DNA of 64,000 nt from Gammaproteobacteria bacterium (GCA_050184115.1 JBFXAQ010000011.1:88692-152691), one strand, 5' to 3'. Positions 28,301-38,368 are shown, counted from the stretch's first letter. Numbers and translations: made by a program. The notes: a model not told the origin generated them from the letters alone.

Positions 28301-28674
28301 TCGGTCAGGATGGCGAAGTAGCGTTCCAACAGCCGGTGCCAGTGCTCGGGATCCAACTGCTGGGCGAGTTGCATCGAGCCCTGGATGTCGCAGAACAGCA
28401 CCGTGACCTGCTTGCGCTCGCCTTCCAGCGCCGTCTTCGACTGCAGGATCTTCTCGGCGAGATGCTTCGGGGTGTAGTCGCGCGGGACGCGGGCGGGGGC
28501 GGCAGGCGCTTGCGGTGGCGCTGCCGTCACCGGGGTGCCGCAGCTCGCGCAGAAGCGCGCGGCGGGTGGCAGCTCGGTATTGCAGTGGGTGCACTGGGCG
28601 GCGCACGCGGTTCCGCAGTTCGGGCAGAAGCGGGCTCCGTCCGGCAACGAATGCTTACAGGCGGCGCAGTTCAT
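25315..28674 (-). CDS. Double zinc ribbon - class III nucleotide cyclase - STAND AAA ATPase - TPR-like protein (paralog C, mosaic)
   Basis: Start MNCAACKHS at 28674. N-terminus matches paralog B, cyclase/ATPase core matches paralog A, C-terminus is unique. The stop codon lies inside a palindromic element. Confidence 0.92.
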   Translation of the reverse strand: MNCAACKHSLPDGARFCPNCGTACAAQCTHCNTELPPAARFCASCGTPVTAAPPQAPAAPARVPRDYTPKHLAEKILQSKTALEGERKQVTVLFCDIQGSMQLAQQLDPEHWHRLLERYFAILTEAVHRYEGTVNQYTGDGIMALFGAPLAHEDHAQRACYAALAARDALRTYADELRLTDGLNFSFRLGLNSGEVVVGKIGDDLRMDYTAQGATVGIAQRIEQLAAPGCVYLGGATERLVHGYFRLRAMGETNLKGLAEAVALFELEAPGTVRSRLDVSVARGLSRFVGRAAEMQVLETALANAGRGHGQVVGIVGEAGLGKSRLCYEFVEDCRRRGLPVYEAHCPAHGRNIPYLPVLELFRNYFDVRADDDAVQARRKIAGTLALLDARLHDALPVLLDFMGVADPQQPAPRMDAEARQRQLYELVHRLVEAQDAGGQLAVTLIDDLHWIDPGSDAFVNQLVAAAAGRRSLVVLNFRPEYQAAFAGKAHYQQLPLVPLGADALGELLGDLLGTDASLGELVPRIVKWTAGNPFYTEEVVNALVESGDLVGQPGHYRLVSAIDAIVVPTSVRAVLAARIDRLPEMAKRLLQTAAVIGREFAGPLLEAVSDLDTGTHATALERLKAGDFVYERALYPVFEYAFKHPLTHEVAYQSLLQSRRTQLHGAVARAVEVLAGDKLDEQAALIAHHCEAAGDTRAAAHWHQRAAEWSERSDREAALGHWLRVRDLARLEDGVETVAQLALACARALNLASRTGTGQEEFHALFEEGNRAAARAEVPDVAVILHTNYGTARGWVDDAWGDYFEYCGRAVRIADDSGDVGLRAGARAPLAWGYLYCGVLAEAMRLADEVIALVPNDPHSGAEVWGNSPLFAARNARLHVLGHQRDPDAALRELPQVRAAAFEAGYLENAFFSLALEIDLRYGLGRGEDAAMRVEVTSRWSRNMGVMWELVATIAQCDALLYGEDWTALIATASAALERIGELGAGEIYAPRFHALLASAQLGLGNAIAARESAGAGVQLMRDSGGVWNPHAYALLARAQLALGEPRAAIDDTLDEYEALLERTGFGLYAGELHELRAELAGREGDRQARLAALQTAHDEYARFGMSTRTARVAALIR
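26720..28145. repeat. ~1.43-kb direct repeat apparently identical to 10624-12049
   Basis: Offset 16096. Shadow ORFs in the track are identical at both places (e.g. 10696/26792, 11097/27193, 11249/27345). First mismatches seen at 10623/26719 and 12050/28146. Confidence 0.9.
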
Positions 28675-28681
28675 CCCGTCA

Positions 28682-30664
28682 TCATTCCAACCCGGCCTGG
28701 CGCAGCGCGGCGTCGCGGCGTGCATCGACCTCAGGGCGCGCGACGCTGTACAGGCGCTGCACCACCGCGAGCGTCAGCGACGGGTATACCCGCCTGGCCT
28801 CGGCCACCGCGGCGCGCGCGGCGTCGAGCCGGCCGAGCGCCACTTCGTTCAGGGCGACATAGAGATGGCCCCAGTAGTAGTTCGGTCGCGCGGCGACGAT
28901 GCGGCGGGCCGCGACCATGGACTCGGCGTAATTGCCGAGCTCCCACTGGCCGCCGGCGATGTTGTCGTCGGCGAACCAGGCATGGGCGCCGTGAGGATCG
29001 AGTGCGCGGGCACGTTCGCTCGCTGCGAGCGCGGCAGTCGAGTCACCGTTGAGGATGTTCAACCAGCTGAACGCGAGCCACGCCTCTGGTGAGCTGGGGT
29101 TCAGTTCGATGGCGCGGCGGCCAGCGGCGAGGCCCGACGGTACGTCGCCACCCAGCGCCAGGAGCGAGGCCAGCGCAGCATGCGCCATCGGCTCGCGCGG
29201 GTCGACGGCGATGGCCTGGCGCGCGACCTCGATCGCGGCCGCAAGCCACTTCGCCGTGAGCTCTTGCCAGCCGAAATAGACGGCGAACGTTTCGGTGTTT
29301 GCCTGGTGGGCCAAGGCCGCAGCGAAGTCCGGATCGAGCTCCAGCGCACGGGCGAAGTGGGCGCGCGCCTCGGCAAAGGCTTCGCGGGTGTAGCGGTCAT
29401 GGCTCTGCAAGCCGAGTTGGTAGGCGCCCCAGGCGTCGAGGTCGGCCGTGCCGCGCTGACGCGCGCGCTCGGCCTCGGCGCGCGTGACGTCACCGGCGAT
29501 CGAGGCGGCGATGGTCGAACTGATCTCGTCCTGCACCGTAAACATGTCGCTAAGCGCGCGGTCGTAGCTCTTCGCCCACAGGTGTTCGCCGGAGCGGGTA
29601 TCGATGAGCTGGGCGGTGACGCGGATGCGCTCGCCGCCTCGCCGCACGCTGCCCTCCACCAGGTAGCGCGCGCCAAGTTCACGCCCGACCGCCTTCAGAT
29701 CCCGGTTGCCTCCCCGGTACTGGAAGCTCGAGTTGCGCGCGATGACAGGGAAGGCCCGCCAGGCAGAGAGACGAGTGATGAGGTCTTCGGCGAGGCCGTC
29801 GGCGAAGAAGGCCTGCTCGGGATCGGGCGAGAGATTGTCGAATGGCAGCACGGCGATGGCCGGGCGGGACTCGATGTCGTTCATCGGCACGAGCGGGGTG
29901 GCATCTCGTGCAGCGACGAGTGACGCGGCTGCGGGCGGCGCCTCGGTGATCGAGGGCGGCTTCGCCATATGGAAGGCAAGCCCGAGTCCGGCCAGGAGAG
30001 CGGCCACCAGAACGGCCGTCACCGTGGTGCGCAAGGTGGTGGATGCCAGGCCACGCGCCTGCGCGGACCGCCCCTTCCCGCTGCCTGCCGGCGGCTTCAT
30101 GGAGGACAGCCCATCGAGCCCCACAGCACGGATCTCGACCGGTTCGGCGACGCCTTTGAGCACGTAGCTGCCGCAGGCCTGCCACACGATCGGCCGGCGC
30201 AGGCCGCTGTGGTCGATACGCGGCCGCGCGCTGTCGGCGGCGGCTGCCGACAGCAACACTTGTGACGGCCCGGCCAGCGCCGCAATGCGGGCGGCAACGT
30301 CGACCGCGAGCCCGGCGACCTGCACGCGCGCTTCGCCCTCGCCGCCGGGTATCTCGCCGACCTCACCCAGGTGAAGGCCCACCCGCACCGCCGGCAGCTC
30401 GGCATCGTCACCATGGGCCTGCTGCAGGCGCAGGGCGAAATACACGGCGGCACTGGCGGTTTCGAACGTGAGGAAGCAGCCGTCACCGGCCCAGTCGACG
30501 ATGCGGCCGCCGCCGTCCGCGGCGAGCTGGCGCACGAGCGCGCGGTGCCGCGCAATCAAGGTGCCGGCGAACTCGTCACCGTGGCGGGTCTTGAGCGCGG
30601 TCGAATCGACGAGGTCGGTAAAGACCAGCGTTAGAATGCGCGTTCTGGCGGGGTCGTCGGGCAT
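28682..30664 (-). CDS. Class III cyclase - transmembrane helix - TolB-like - TPR protein (copy 2)
   Basis: LVFTDLVDST, WAGDGCFLTF, TM segment VTAVLVAALLAGLGLAF, RPAIAVLPFDNLSPDPEQAFFADGLAEDLITRL, TPRs. Ends AALRQAGLE like copy 1 (AALRQAGLD). ATG 30664 (alternative TTG 30673). Confidence 0.9.
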   Translation of the reverse strand: MPDDPARTRILTLVFTDLVDSTALKTRHGDEFAGTLIARHRALVRQLAADGGGRIVDWAGDGCFLTFETASAAVYFALRLQQAHGDDAELPAVRVGLHLGEVGEIPGGEGEARVQVAGLAVDVAARIAALAGPSQVLLSAAAADSARPRIDHSGLRRPIVWQACGSYVLKGVAEPVEIRAVGLDGLSSMKPPAGSGKGRSAQARGLASTTLRTTVTAVLVAALLAGLGLAFHMAKPPSITEAPPAAASLVAARDATPLVPMNDIESRPAIAVLPFDNLSPDPEQAFFADGLAEDLITRLSAWRAFPVIARNSSFQYRGGNRDLKAVGRELGARYLVEGSVRRGGERIRVTAQLIDTRSGEHLWAKSYDRALSDMFTVQDEISSTIAASIAGDVTRAEAERARQRGTADLDAWGAYQLGLQSHDRYTREAFAEARAHFARALELDPDFAAALAHQANTETFAVYFGWQELTAKWLAAAIEVARQAIAVDPREPMAHAALASLLALGGDVPSGLAAGRRAIELNPSSPEAWLAFSWLNILNGDSTAALAASERARALDPHGAHAWFADDNIAGGQWELGNYAESMVAARRIVAARPNYYWGHLYVALNEVALGRLDAARAAVAEARRVYPSLTLAVVQRLYSVARPEVDARRDAALRQAGLE

Positions 30665-30671
30665 CACGCTC

Positions 30672-30756
30672 AAATTCGGTGACAGTAACTGTATTTCTTG
30701 CGAAATTCCGTCCGCTTCGAACGCATGGCGGAAATACAGTTACTGTCACCGAATTT
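30672..30756. repeat. Inverted doublet of the palindromic element at the right edge of the accessory region
   Basis: AAATTCGGTGACAGTAACTGTATTTC (30672-30697) ... GAAATACAGTTACTGTCACCGAATTT (30731-30756), perfect 26-bp arms. Confidence 0.93.
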
Positions 30757-31044
30757 CCGTCGCGCCCGGGAGGAATGTGCCCGTGAAGACGGGCACGCGC
30801 AAGCACCGCCTGGGAGGGGCCCCGGCGGCCCCACCCGCCAAGCCCGGGTGCCCACGCTCAAGCGCCGATGGGTTCATGGAAGCGCTCATCTGAGCGAGAA
30901 TAGCGCCCGTTGTGCCGGCCGGGACCGATATCCCGCCGGCCCGCCTCCGTGTCGGGACATCAGGCGTTGGCGCTTGGCCGGAGTACTGTCGCAGGCAGTA
31001 TCCGGATGCCAGTCCATGGCCCCAACTATGAAGAAGTGCTCGTC

Positions 31045-31638
<594 letters not shown>

Positions 31639-31646
31639 ACACCGCC

Positions 31647-32666
31647 ATGGACGTCCAGAGCGCGATCCGCGCCGCCGTCGAACGCCGCGACCTCAGCTTC
31701 GCCGAGATGCACGACGTGATGGCGAGCATCATGTCGGGCGACGCCACCGACGCCCAGATCGCGGGGCTGCTCGTCGCGCTGCGCATGAAGGGCGAAACCA
31801 TCGACGAGATCGCCGCCGCCGCCACCGTCATGCGTGAATTCGCCGCCCACGTCGAAGTCGACATGCACCCGCTCATCGACACCTGCGGCACCGGTGGCGA
31901 CGGCATCGGCACCTTCAACATCTCGACCGCCGCGGCTTTCGTCACCGCCGCCGCCGGCGGTCACATCGCCAAGCACGGCAACCGCGCGGCGAGCGGCAAG
32001 AGTGGCAGTGCCGACGTGCTCGAAGCAGCCGGCGCGCGCATCGACCTGAACCCGGCCCAGGTGGCCACGTGCGTACGGCGTTGCGGCGTCGGCTTCATGT
32101 TCGCACCGGCCCATCATGGCGCTACGCGGCACGCCGCCGGCCCGCGCCGTGAACTCGGCACGCGCACCCTGTTCAACGTGCTTGGCCCGCTGACCAATCC
32201 GGCCAATGCGGACGCCCAGTTGATGGGCGTGTTCGATCCTGCCTGGGTGCCGCGCGCGGCGGAGGTCCTCAAACGGCTCGGCGTGTCGCGTGCGATGGTC
32301 GTCTGCGCCGCCGACGGCATGGACGAGATCAGCATCGGCAGCGCGACCCACGTCGCGGAGCTCCGCGACGGCGCGATCGACACCTACGACATCGAACCGG
32401 AGGCGTTCGGCGTCGCCCGCCAGTCACTGGCGCCGCTCGCCGCCGCCGACGCCGCCGCCAGCCTCGCCATCATCCGCCGCGTGTTCGATGGCGCACCGGG
32501 CCCGGCGCGCGACATCGTCTGTCTCAATGCCGGTGCCGCCATCTACGTCGGCGGCCTGGCGCCGACGCTGGCCGCGGGCGTCGAACGTGCGCGCGAGGTC
32601 ATCGACGACGGCAGCGCGCGGGCGAGCTTCGCGCGCTTCGTCGCCTGCACCCACGAATTCGACTGA
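31647..32666 (+). CDS. trpD: Anthranilate phosphoribosyltransferase
   Basis: DTCGTGGDG, FNIST, KHGNR, GSADVLE; ATG 31647. Confidence 0.96.
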   Translation: MDVQSAIRAAVERRDLSFAEMHDVMASIMSGDATDAQIAGLLVALRMKGETIDEIAAAATVMREFAAHVEVDMHPLIDTCGTGGDGIGTFNISTAAAFVTAAAGGHIAKHGNRAASGKSGSADVLEAAGARIDLNPAQVATCVRRCGVGFMFAPAHHGATRHAAGPRRELGTRTLFNVLGPLTNPANADAQLMGVFDPAWVPRAAEVLKRLGVSRAMVVCAADGMDEISIGSATHVAELRDGAIDTYDIEPEAFGVARQSLAPLAAADAAASLAIIRRVFDGAPGPARDIVCLNAGAAIYVGGLAPTLAAGVERAREVIDDGSARASFARFVACTHEFD

Positions 32667-32678
32667 CAGGGCTTTCTC

Positions 32679-33473
32679 ATGGCCGACATCCTCGCCGAGA
32701 TCACCGCGCACAAGGCCACCGAGGTCGCCGCGCGTCGTGCCGCCCGTCCGTACGCGGAGGTCGAAGCGGCAGCACGCGCTGCCGACGCCCCGCGCGGCTT
32801 CCTCGCCGCGCTCAGGGCCCGCGTCGCCGCGGGCGAGGCCGGGGTCATCGCCGAGTGCAAGAAGGCGTCGCCGAGCAAAGGCGTGATCCGCGCTGACTAC
32901 GATCCGGCCGCGATCGCGCCGAGCTACCAGCGCGGCGGCGCGGCCTGCCTTTCGGTGTTGACCGACGAGCGCTTCTTCCAGGGATGCGACGCCGATCTCA
33001 TCGTCGCACGCGCGGCCTGCACGTTGCCGGTGATCCGCAAGGATTTCATGATCGACTCCTACCAGGTGGCCGAGGCACGCGCGCTCGGCGCCGATTGCAT
33101 CCTGCTCATCGTCGCCTGCTTGTCCGATACTCAACTCGACGAGCTGGCGAGCGCGGCGCGGGATTTCGATCTCGACGTGCTGGTCGAAGTCCACGATCGG
33201 ACCGAGCTCGAGCGCGCGCTGCGCCTGCGTACACCGCTGATCGGCGTCAACAACCGCGATCTCAAGCGCTTCGTCACCGATCTCGACACCACCGTCGGCC
33301 TGCTCGACGACATCCCCTCCGATCGCTTCGTGGTCAGCGAATCGGGCATCCACACCCCGGCCGACGTCGCCCACCTGCGCGATCACGGCGTGCACGCCTT
33401 CCTGGTCGGCGAGGCCTTCATGCGTGCCGAGGACCCCGGCGCCCGGCTGCGCGAACTGTTCTTCGCCGCTTGA
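32679..33473 (+). CDS. trpC: Indole-3-glycerol phosphate synthase
   Basis: [34 protein letters not shown]. Confidence 0.96.
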   Translation: MADILAEITAHKATEVAARRAARPYAEVEAAARAADAPRGFLAALRARVAAGEAGVIAECKKASPSKGVIRADYDPAAIAPSYQRGGAACLSVLTDERFFQGCDADLIVARAACTLPVIRKDFMIDSYQVAEARALGADCILLIVACLSDTQLDELASAARDFDLDVLVEVHDRTELERALRLRTPLIGVNNRDLKRFVTDLDTTVGLLDDIPSDRFVVSESGIHTPADVAHLRDHGVHAFLVGEAFMRAEDPGARLRELFFAA

Positions 33474-33484
33474 GGCAGGGCCCG

Positions 33485-33946
33485 CTACTGCGGGCGGAAG
33501 ATATCCGCCGGATCGCGGAAGGCCTTGAACTCGAGACAGTTGCCGGAAGGGTCCTCGAGGAAGAACGTGGCCTGCTCGCCGGGCAGGCCCTGGAAGCGGA
33601 TGTGCGGCGCGACGCGGAAACTGACACCGATATAGTTCATGTGATCGACTGCGCGGTGCCAGTCCTCCCAGCCCATGATGAGACCGAAATGCGGCACCGG
33701 GATGTCGTGTCCGTCGACCGGGTTGTGGGCACCCGTGTGCGCGGCTGCGACCTTGTGCGCCGTGATCTGGTAGCCGAAGAAATCGAAATCGATCCAGGTC
33801 GCGCTCTCGCGCCCGACGCGGCAGCCGAGCACGTCGACATAGAACGTGCGCGTCCGTTCGAGGTCGACGACCGGGAAGGCGAGATGAAACAGGGGGCGCT
33901 GGCGGAATTCCTCGACCGCCGCCGACTGCGCTTTACTCTTCGCCAT
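33485..33946 (-). CDS. VOC/glyoxalase superfamily protein
   Basis: FHLAFPVVDL...FYVDVLGC, VPHFG, EQATFFLEDPSGNCLEFK. Confidence 0.85.
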   Translation of the reverse strand: MAKSKAQSAAVEEFRQRPLFHLAFPVVDLERTRTFYVDVLGCRVGRESATWIDFDFFGYQITAHKVAAAHTGAHNPVDGHDIPVPHFGLIMGWEDWHRAVDHMNYIGVSFRVAPHIRFQGLPGEQATFFLEDPSGNCLEFKAFRDPADIFRPQ

Positions 33947-34595
33947 AACGCGCTCCGTAGTGCTTGAACTTTTCAATGACGACGTCCATCTCGACCGCCG
34001 ACAGCAGCACGGGTTCACCGAGCTGGCGCGCGAGCAGGTACTGGTGGGCCAGTTCCTCGACCTCGACGGCTAGATCCACCGCCTCTTCGAGGCTGCGGCC
34101 GAGGGCGATCTGGCCGTGGTTGGCCAGCAGGCAGGCACGCCGGCCGGCGAGGGCGGCGACGGCGGCATCGGACAGGGCCTGCGTGCCGAAGGCTGCGTAG
34201 GCTCCACAGCGGATGTCGGCGCCGCCGGCCCGCGCCACCATGTAATGAAACGACGGGATGTCCTGGCGCAGGCAGGACAGCGCTGCGGCGTGCGAGGAAT
34301 GCACGTGGACGATGGCGGCGACCTCGGGCCGTGCCACGTAGATATCGCGGTGGAAGCGCCATTCGCTGGACGGCCGCGCAGCGGTCTCACGCGGCGCACC
34401 GTCAGTGTCGAGGGCGACCATGGCGGCCGCCGCCAGCGCTTCCGGCTTGAGCCCGCTCGGCGTGATCAACAAGCCATCGGCCGTACGCACGCTGGCGTTG
34501 CCCGCGGTCCCGCGATTGAGGCCGAGCGCCACCAACCGGCGCATGGTGCCGGCCAGCGCGTCGCGCGGATCGGGAGGGGGCGAGACCGCCGCCAT
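33933..34595 (-). CDS. Class II aldolase/adducin family (FucA-like)
   Basis: GTAGNASVR, ITPSG, PSSEWRFH, HVHS, LLANHG. Confidence 0.9.
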   Translation of the reverse strand: MAAVSPPPDPRDALAGTMRRLVALGLNRGTAGNASVRTADGLLITPSGLKPEALAAAAMVALDTDGAPRETAARPSSEWRFHRDIYVARPEVAAIVHVHSSHAAALSCLRQDIPSFHYMVARAGGADIRCGAYAAFGTQALSDAAVAALAGRRACLLANHGQIALGRSLEEAVDLAVEVEELAHQYLLARQLGEPVLLSAVEMDVVIEKFKHYGARYGEE

Positions 34596-34596
34596 G

Positions 34597-36111
34597 TCAG
34601 TTGAGGAACAACCGGTAGGCCGGGTTGTTGGTTTCGTCCTCGAAGCGCATGTCGAGTTCCTGCAACAAGGCCTCGAACGCCACCATCTCGCCGGGCGGCA
34701 CCTGGATCCCCATCAAGACCCTCCCGTAGGCCGCACCGTGGTTGCGGTAGTGGAACAGGCTGATGTTCCACCGTTCACCCAAGTGACTCAGGAACAACAG
34801 TAGGGCGCCGGGGCGTTCGGGAAACTCGCAGCGTAACAGGCGTTCGTCGCTGACCCCGCCGGCGTGCCCACCGACCATGAACCGCACGTGCATCTTGGCG
34901 ACATCGTCATCGGTCATGTCGATGGGCTGGTAGCCCTTTTCGCGCAGGTTCTCGATCAGCAGCCGCCTTTCCTGCTCGCGATCGCGTACCTGCACACCGG
35001 CGAAGACCGTCGCCGAATGGCTGTCGGAATAGCGATAGTTGAACTCGGTGATGAGGCGCGGCCCCAGTGCATGGCAGAACTCGCGAAAACTGCCAGGGCG
35101 TTCGGGAATAGTCGCCCCGATCAGCACTTCGCGCTGCTCGCCGAGCTCGGCCAGTTCGGCGATGTGGCGCAGGCGGTCGAAGTTGACATTGGCGCCGCTC
35201 AGGATGGCGACGTACTCGCGTCCGCTGCCACCGTCCCGTGCGACGTACTGCTTGAGCCCGGCGAGGGCCAGCGCGCCGGCCGGCTCGGCGATGGAGCGGG
35301 TGTCCTCGAAGATGTCCTTGACCGCAGCGCAGATCTCGTCGATGGACACCGTCACCATCTCGTCGACGTAACGTCGGGCGATGGCGAACGGTTCGGCGCC
35401 GACCTGCCGCACGGCGGCACCGTCGGCGAAGATCCCGATGCGATCGAGGGTGATGCGTTCGCCGACCTCGAGCGCCCGGGTCATGCTGGCGGCCTCGTCC
35501 GCCTCGACGCCGATGATCTTGATCTCCGGCGCCAGGGCCTTGACGTAGGCCGCGACGCCGGCGATGAGCCCCCCGCCGCCGACCGGCACGAAAATCGCCG
35601 CGAGCGGCCGTGAGTGCTGGCGCAGGATCTCCATCGCCACCGTACCCTGCCCGGCGATGACCAAGGGATGGTCGAACGGTGGCACGTAGGTCAGGCCGTG
35701 CTTCTCCTCGAGCTTGTGGGCATAAGTGCTGGCCTCGTCGTAGGTGTTGCCGTGGAGCACGATCTCGGCACCGAGCCGGCGCACCGACTCGACCTTGATC
35801 TCGGGCGTGGTCTTGGGCATGACGATGGTCGCGGTGCAATCGAGCACGCGCGCGGCCAGCGCGACGCCCTGCGCGTGGTTGCCGGCCGACGCCGTGATGA
35901 CTCCGCGCCCGCGCTCATCCGCCGACAGCGCCGCCATCATGGTGTAGGCACCACGAATCTTGTAGGAGAACACCGGCTGCATGTCCTCGCGTTTGAGCCA
36001 CACGCGATGCCCGAGGCGGCGCGAGATCGCCGGCGCTTCGTCGAGCGGGGTTTCGCGTGCGACGTCGTAGACCGGCGCGCGCAGGATCATCTTCACGTAG
36101 TTGTCGAGCAT
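34597..36111 (-). CDS. ilvA: Biosynthetic threonine dehydratase
   Basis: [31 protein letters not shown]-terminal ERPG regulatory repeats; ATG 36111. Confidence 0.96.
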   Translation of the reverse strand: MLDNYVKMILRAPVYDVARETPLDEAPAISRRLGHRVWLKREDMQPVFSYKIRGAYTMMAALSADERGRGVITASAGNHAQGVALAARVLDCTATIVMPKTTPEIKVESVRRLGAEIVLHGNTYDEASTYAHKLEEKHGLTYVPPFDHPLVIAGQGTVAMEILRQHSRPLAAIFVPVGGGGLIAGVAAYVKALAPEIKIIGVEADEAASMTRALEVGERITLDRIGIFADGAAVRQVGAEPFAIARRYVDEMVTVSIDEICAAVKDIFEDTRSIAEPAGALALAGLKQYVARDGGSGREYVAILSGANVNFDRLRHIAELAELGEQREVLIGATIPERPGSFREFCHALGPRLITEFNYRYSDSHSATVFAGVQVRDREQERRLLIENLREKGYQPIDMTDDDVAKMHVRFMVGGHAGGVSDERLLRCEFPERPGALLLFLSHLGERWNISLFHYRNHGAAYGRVLMGIQVPPGEMVAFEALLQELDMRFEDETNNPAYRLFLN

Positions 36112-36180
36112 GCCGATAAGATACCATCTGCACCCGCCGCCCCGGCGGCTTTCCACCCTCACCACGGGCAGCAGGCTGAC

Positions 36181-36840
36181 ATGACGACGCAGGACGAGAA
36201 GAAGCGCGCGGTGGCGCGCGCGGCGCTGGAGTTCGTCGAGGACAAGACCTTCGTCGGCGTCGGCACGGGCAGTACCGCGAACTGTTTCATCGACGAGCTG
36301 GCCGCCTTCAAGGGGCGCATCGAGGGCGCCGTGGCAAGCTCGGAAGCCAGCGCCGAGCGCCTGCGTGGCCACGGCATACCACTGGTCGAGTTGAACGGCG
36401 TCAGCGAACTGATTGTCTACGTCGACGGCGCCGACGAAGCCACCCGTCACCGACACCTTGTCAAGGGTGGTGGCGGCGCACTCACCCGCGAGAAGATCGT
36501 GGCCGAGGCGGCTCGCACCTTTGTCTGCATCGTCGACGACAGCAAGCTGGTCGAGCGTCTCGGAACCTTCCCGCTGCCGGTCGAGGTCATCCCCATGGCG
36601 CGCAGCATGGTCGCACGCGAAATGGTCAAGCTGGGCGGCAGTCCAGAATGGCGGGCCGGATTTGTCACCGACAACGGTAACGTCATCCTCGACGTCCACG
36701 ATCTGGTCATCGACGATCCGGTCGCCGTCGAACGCGCCATCAACGACATCCCGGGGGTGGTCACCAACGGCCTCTTCGCGCGCCGGCCGGCCGATGTCCT
36801 GCTGGTCGCCACGAACACCGGCGTCGACCGCATCGATTGA
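36181..36840 (+). CDS. rpiA: Ribose-5-phosphate isomerase A
   Basis: [26 protein letters not shown]; divergent from ilvA. Confidence 0.96.
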   Translation: MTTQDEKKRAVARAALEFVEDKTFVGVGTGSTANCFIDELAAFKGRIEGAVASSEASAERLRGHGIPLVELNGVSELIVYVDGADEATRHRHLVKGGGGALTREKIVAEAARTFVCIVDDSKLVERLGTFPLPVEVIPMARSMVAREMVKLGGSPEWRAGFVTDNGNVILDVHDLVIDDPVAVERAINDIPGVVTNGLFARRPADVLLVATNTGVDRID

Positions 36841-36855
36841 CCACCGGCGCGAGGG

Positions 36856-37656
36856 TCAGTCGTCGAGATCCTCGGGCTTGATGGTCAGCTTGCACAGCAG
36901 CAGGCCGAGTTCATAGAGCAGCCACATCGGCACCGCCAACAGGGTCTGGGAGATGACGTCGGGCGGCGTCAGCAGCATGCCGACCACAAAGGCCCCAACG
37001 ATGATGTAAGGCCGCTTGGTGCCGAGCGACTCGACCGAGGTGATCCCCGTGCGCACCAACAGGTAGGTCGCGACCGGAACCTCGAAGGCCGCGCCGAAGG
37101 CGAGGAACAGCATCAGCACGAAGTCGAGGTAGTGAGTGATGTCGGTCATGATGGTCACGCCCTCGGGGGCGATGGCCGTGAAGAAGCCGAACACCAGCGG
37201 GAACACCACGAAGTAGGCGAACGCGCAGCCGAGATAGAAGAGCAGGGTGCTGGAAACCAGCAGGGGCATGGCCAGGCGCCGCTCGTGCAGGTAAAGGCCT
37301 GGCGCGACGAAGGCCCAGGCCTGGTAGAAGATGTAAGGCACGGAGATCAGTACAGAGACGAACACCGTGAGTTTGAACGGTGCGAGAAAGGGCGAGGCGA
37401 CCTGAGTCGCGATCATCGTGCCCGAGCCCGGCAGCTTGGACAGCAGCGGGTCGGCCAGCCATACATAGAGTTCGTTCGAGACCGGCATCAGGCAGAGCAG
37501 CACCGCGAACACGCACACCAGCGTGCGCAACAGGCGGTTGCGCAGTTCGACCAGGTGCGCGACGAACGGCTTCTCGGTCGGATCCGGGCCATCGGCCGGG
37601 TCCGAACCACCGGGCGCAGCAGCGGAAGATGAAGGTATCAGATCGTTGCTCGACAT
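36856..37656 (-). CDS. tatC: Twin-arginine translocase TatC
   Basis: [28 protein letters not shown]. Confidence 0.96.
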   Translation of the reverse strand: MSSNDLIPSSSAAAPGGSDPADGPDPTEKPFVAHLVELRNRLLRTLVCVFAVLLCLMPVSNELYVWLADPLLSKLPGSGTMIATQVASPFLAPFKLTVFVSVLISVPYIFYQAWAFVAPGLYLHERRLAMPLLVSSTLLFYLGCAFAYFVVFPLVFGFFTAIAPEGVTIMTDITHYLDFVLMLFLAFGAAFEVPVATYLLVRTGITSVESLGTKRPYIIVGAFVVGMLLTPPDVISQTLLAVPMWLLYELGLLLCKLTIKPEDLDD

Positions 37657-37689
37657 GGGACGGGGAACCTCGGCCGCGGGCCGCGGGGC

Positions 37690-38100
37690 TCAGGCGTTCT
37701 GCTGACTGGGGGCGCGTTCCTGCTCGGCCGCGGACGCCACCGGTTCGGGCCGCGTCGCCGCCGCCGTGTCGCCGTGGTTATCGTCATGCCCGTCTTCGCC
37801 GGTGTCCGCGGCATCCTCGGCGGCCAGCGACGGTTGCTGGACGCGCGCCGTGGTCGCACTGGCCTCACGCACGCTCGCCTTGAGGCGGCGGTCCTCCTCG
37901 AGGAAATCCTGGTTGAGTTTGCGGAACTCTTCGGTCTGTGCCTCGCGCTCGATTTCCCGGCGCAGGTCGCGGGCCAGGCGCTGGATGTGACCGACCCATT
38001 TCCCGGTCGTGCGGATCAGGCTCGGCATGCGTTCCGGACCGACGACCAGGAGCGCGATCACGCCGATCAGGGCGAGTTCCCAGAAACCGATATCGAACAT
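37690..38100 (-). CDS. tatB: Twin-arginine translocase TatB
   Basis: MFDIGFWELALIGVIALLVVGPERMP. Confidence 0.95.
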   Translation of the reverse strand: MFDIGFWELALIGVIALLVVGPERMPSLIRTTGKWVGHIQRLARDLRREIEREAQTEEFRKLNQDFLEEDRRLKASVREASATTARVQQPSLAAEDAADTGEDGHDDNHGDTAAATRPEPVASAAEQERAPSQQNA

Positions 38101-38110
38101 CGGGGCGCGA

Positions 38111-38329
38111 TCAGACGCGTTCCTTCTCAGTCCGCGCTTCACCTTCGATGACACGGCGATTGTCCGCCGTCGGCGTGTCGTCGTCCGCCGACGTGTCGTC
38201 CTTCATCGCCTTGCGGAAGTCGCGGATCCAGCCCCCGACGTCACCGCCGATGTTCTTGATCTTCTTAGTGCCGAACACCAGCACCACGATGATCAGGATG
38301 ACGACCAGCTCTTTGATACCGAATCCCAT
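38111..38329 (-). CDS. tatA: Twin-arginine translocase TatA
   Basis: N-terminal TM then FGTKKIKNIGGDVG...FRKAM. Confidence 0.93.
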   Translation of the reverse strand: MGFGIKELVVILIIVVLVFGTKKIKNIGGDVGGWIRDFRKAMKDDTSADDDTPTADNRRVIEGEARTEKERV

Positions 38330-38368
38330 GCTTGCCTCCGTTGCACGTGGCGCTAATCTGACCGTCGG

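Noticed and set aside
9201-28674. Diversity-generating retroelement acting on the cyclase genes
   Set aside because: No reverse transcriptase in the window; the repeat differences are not adenine-specific and the shared region is the conserved core, not a variable C-terminal repeat.
7815-30756. Palindromic repeats as a CRISPR array
   Set aside because: Copies are dispersed and mostly inverted, not a regularly spaced direct array (only 25199/25242 are tandem), and no cas genes are in the window.
7801-30756. Integron or autonomous IS/transposon
   Set aside because: No integrase or transposase ORF, and the elements lack the RYYYAAC/GTTRRRY ends of attC sites.
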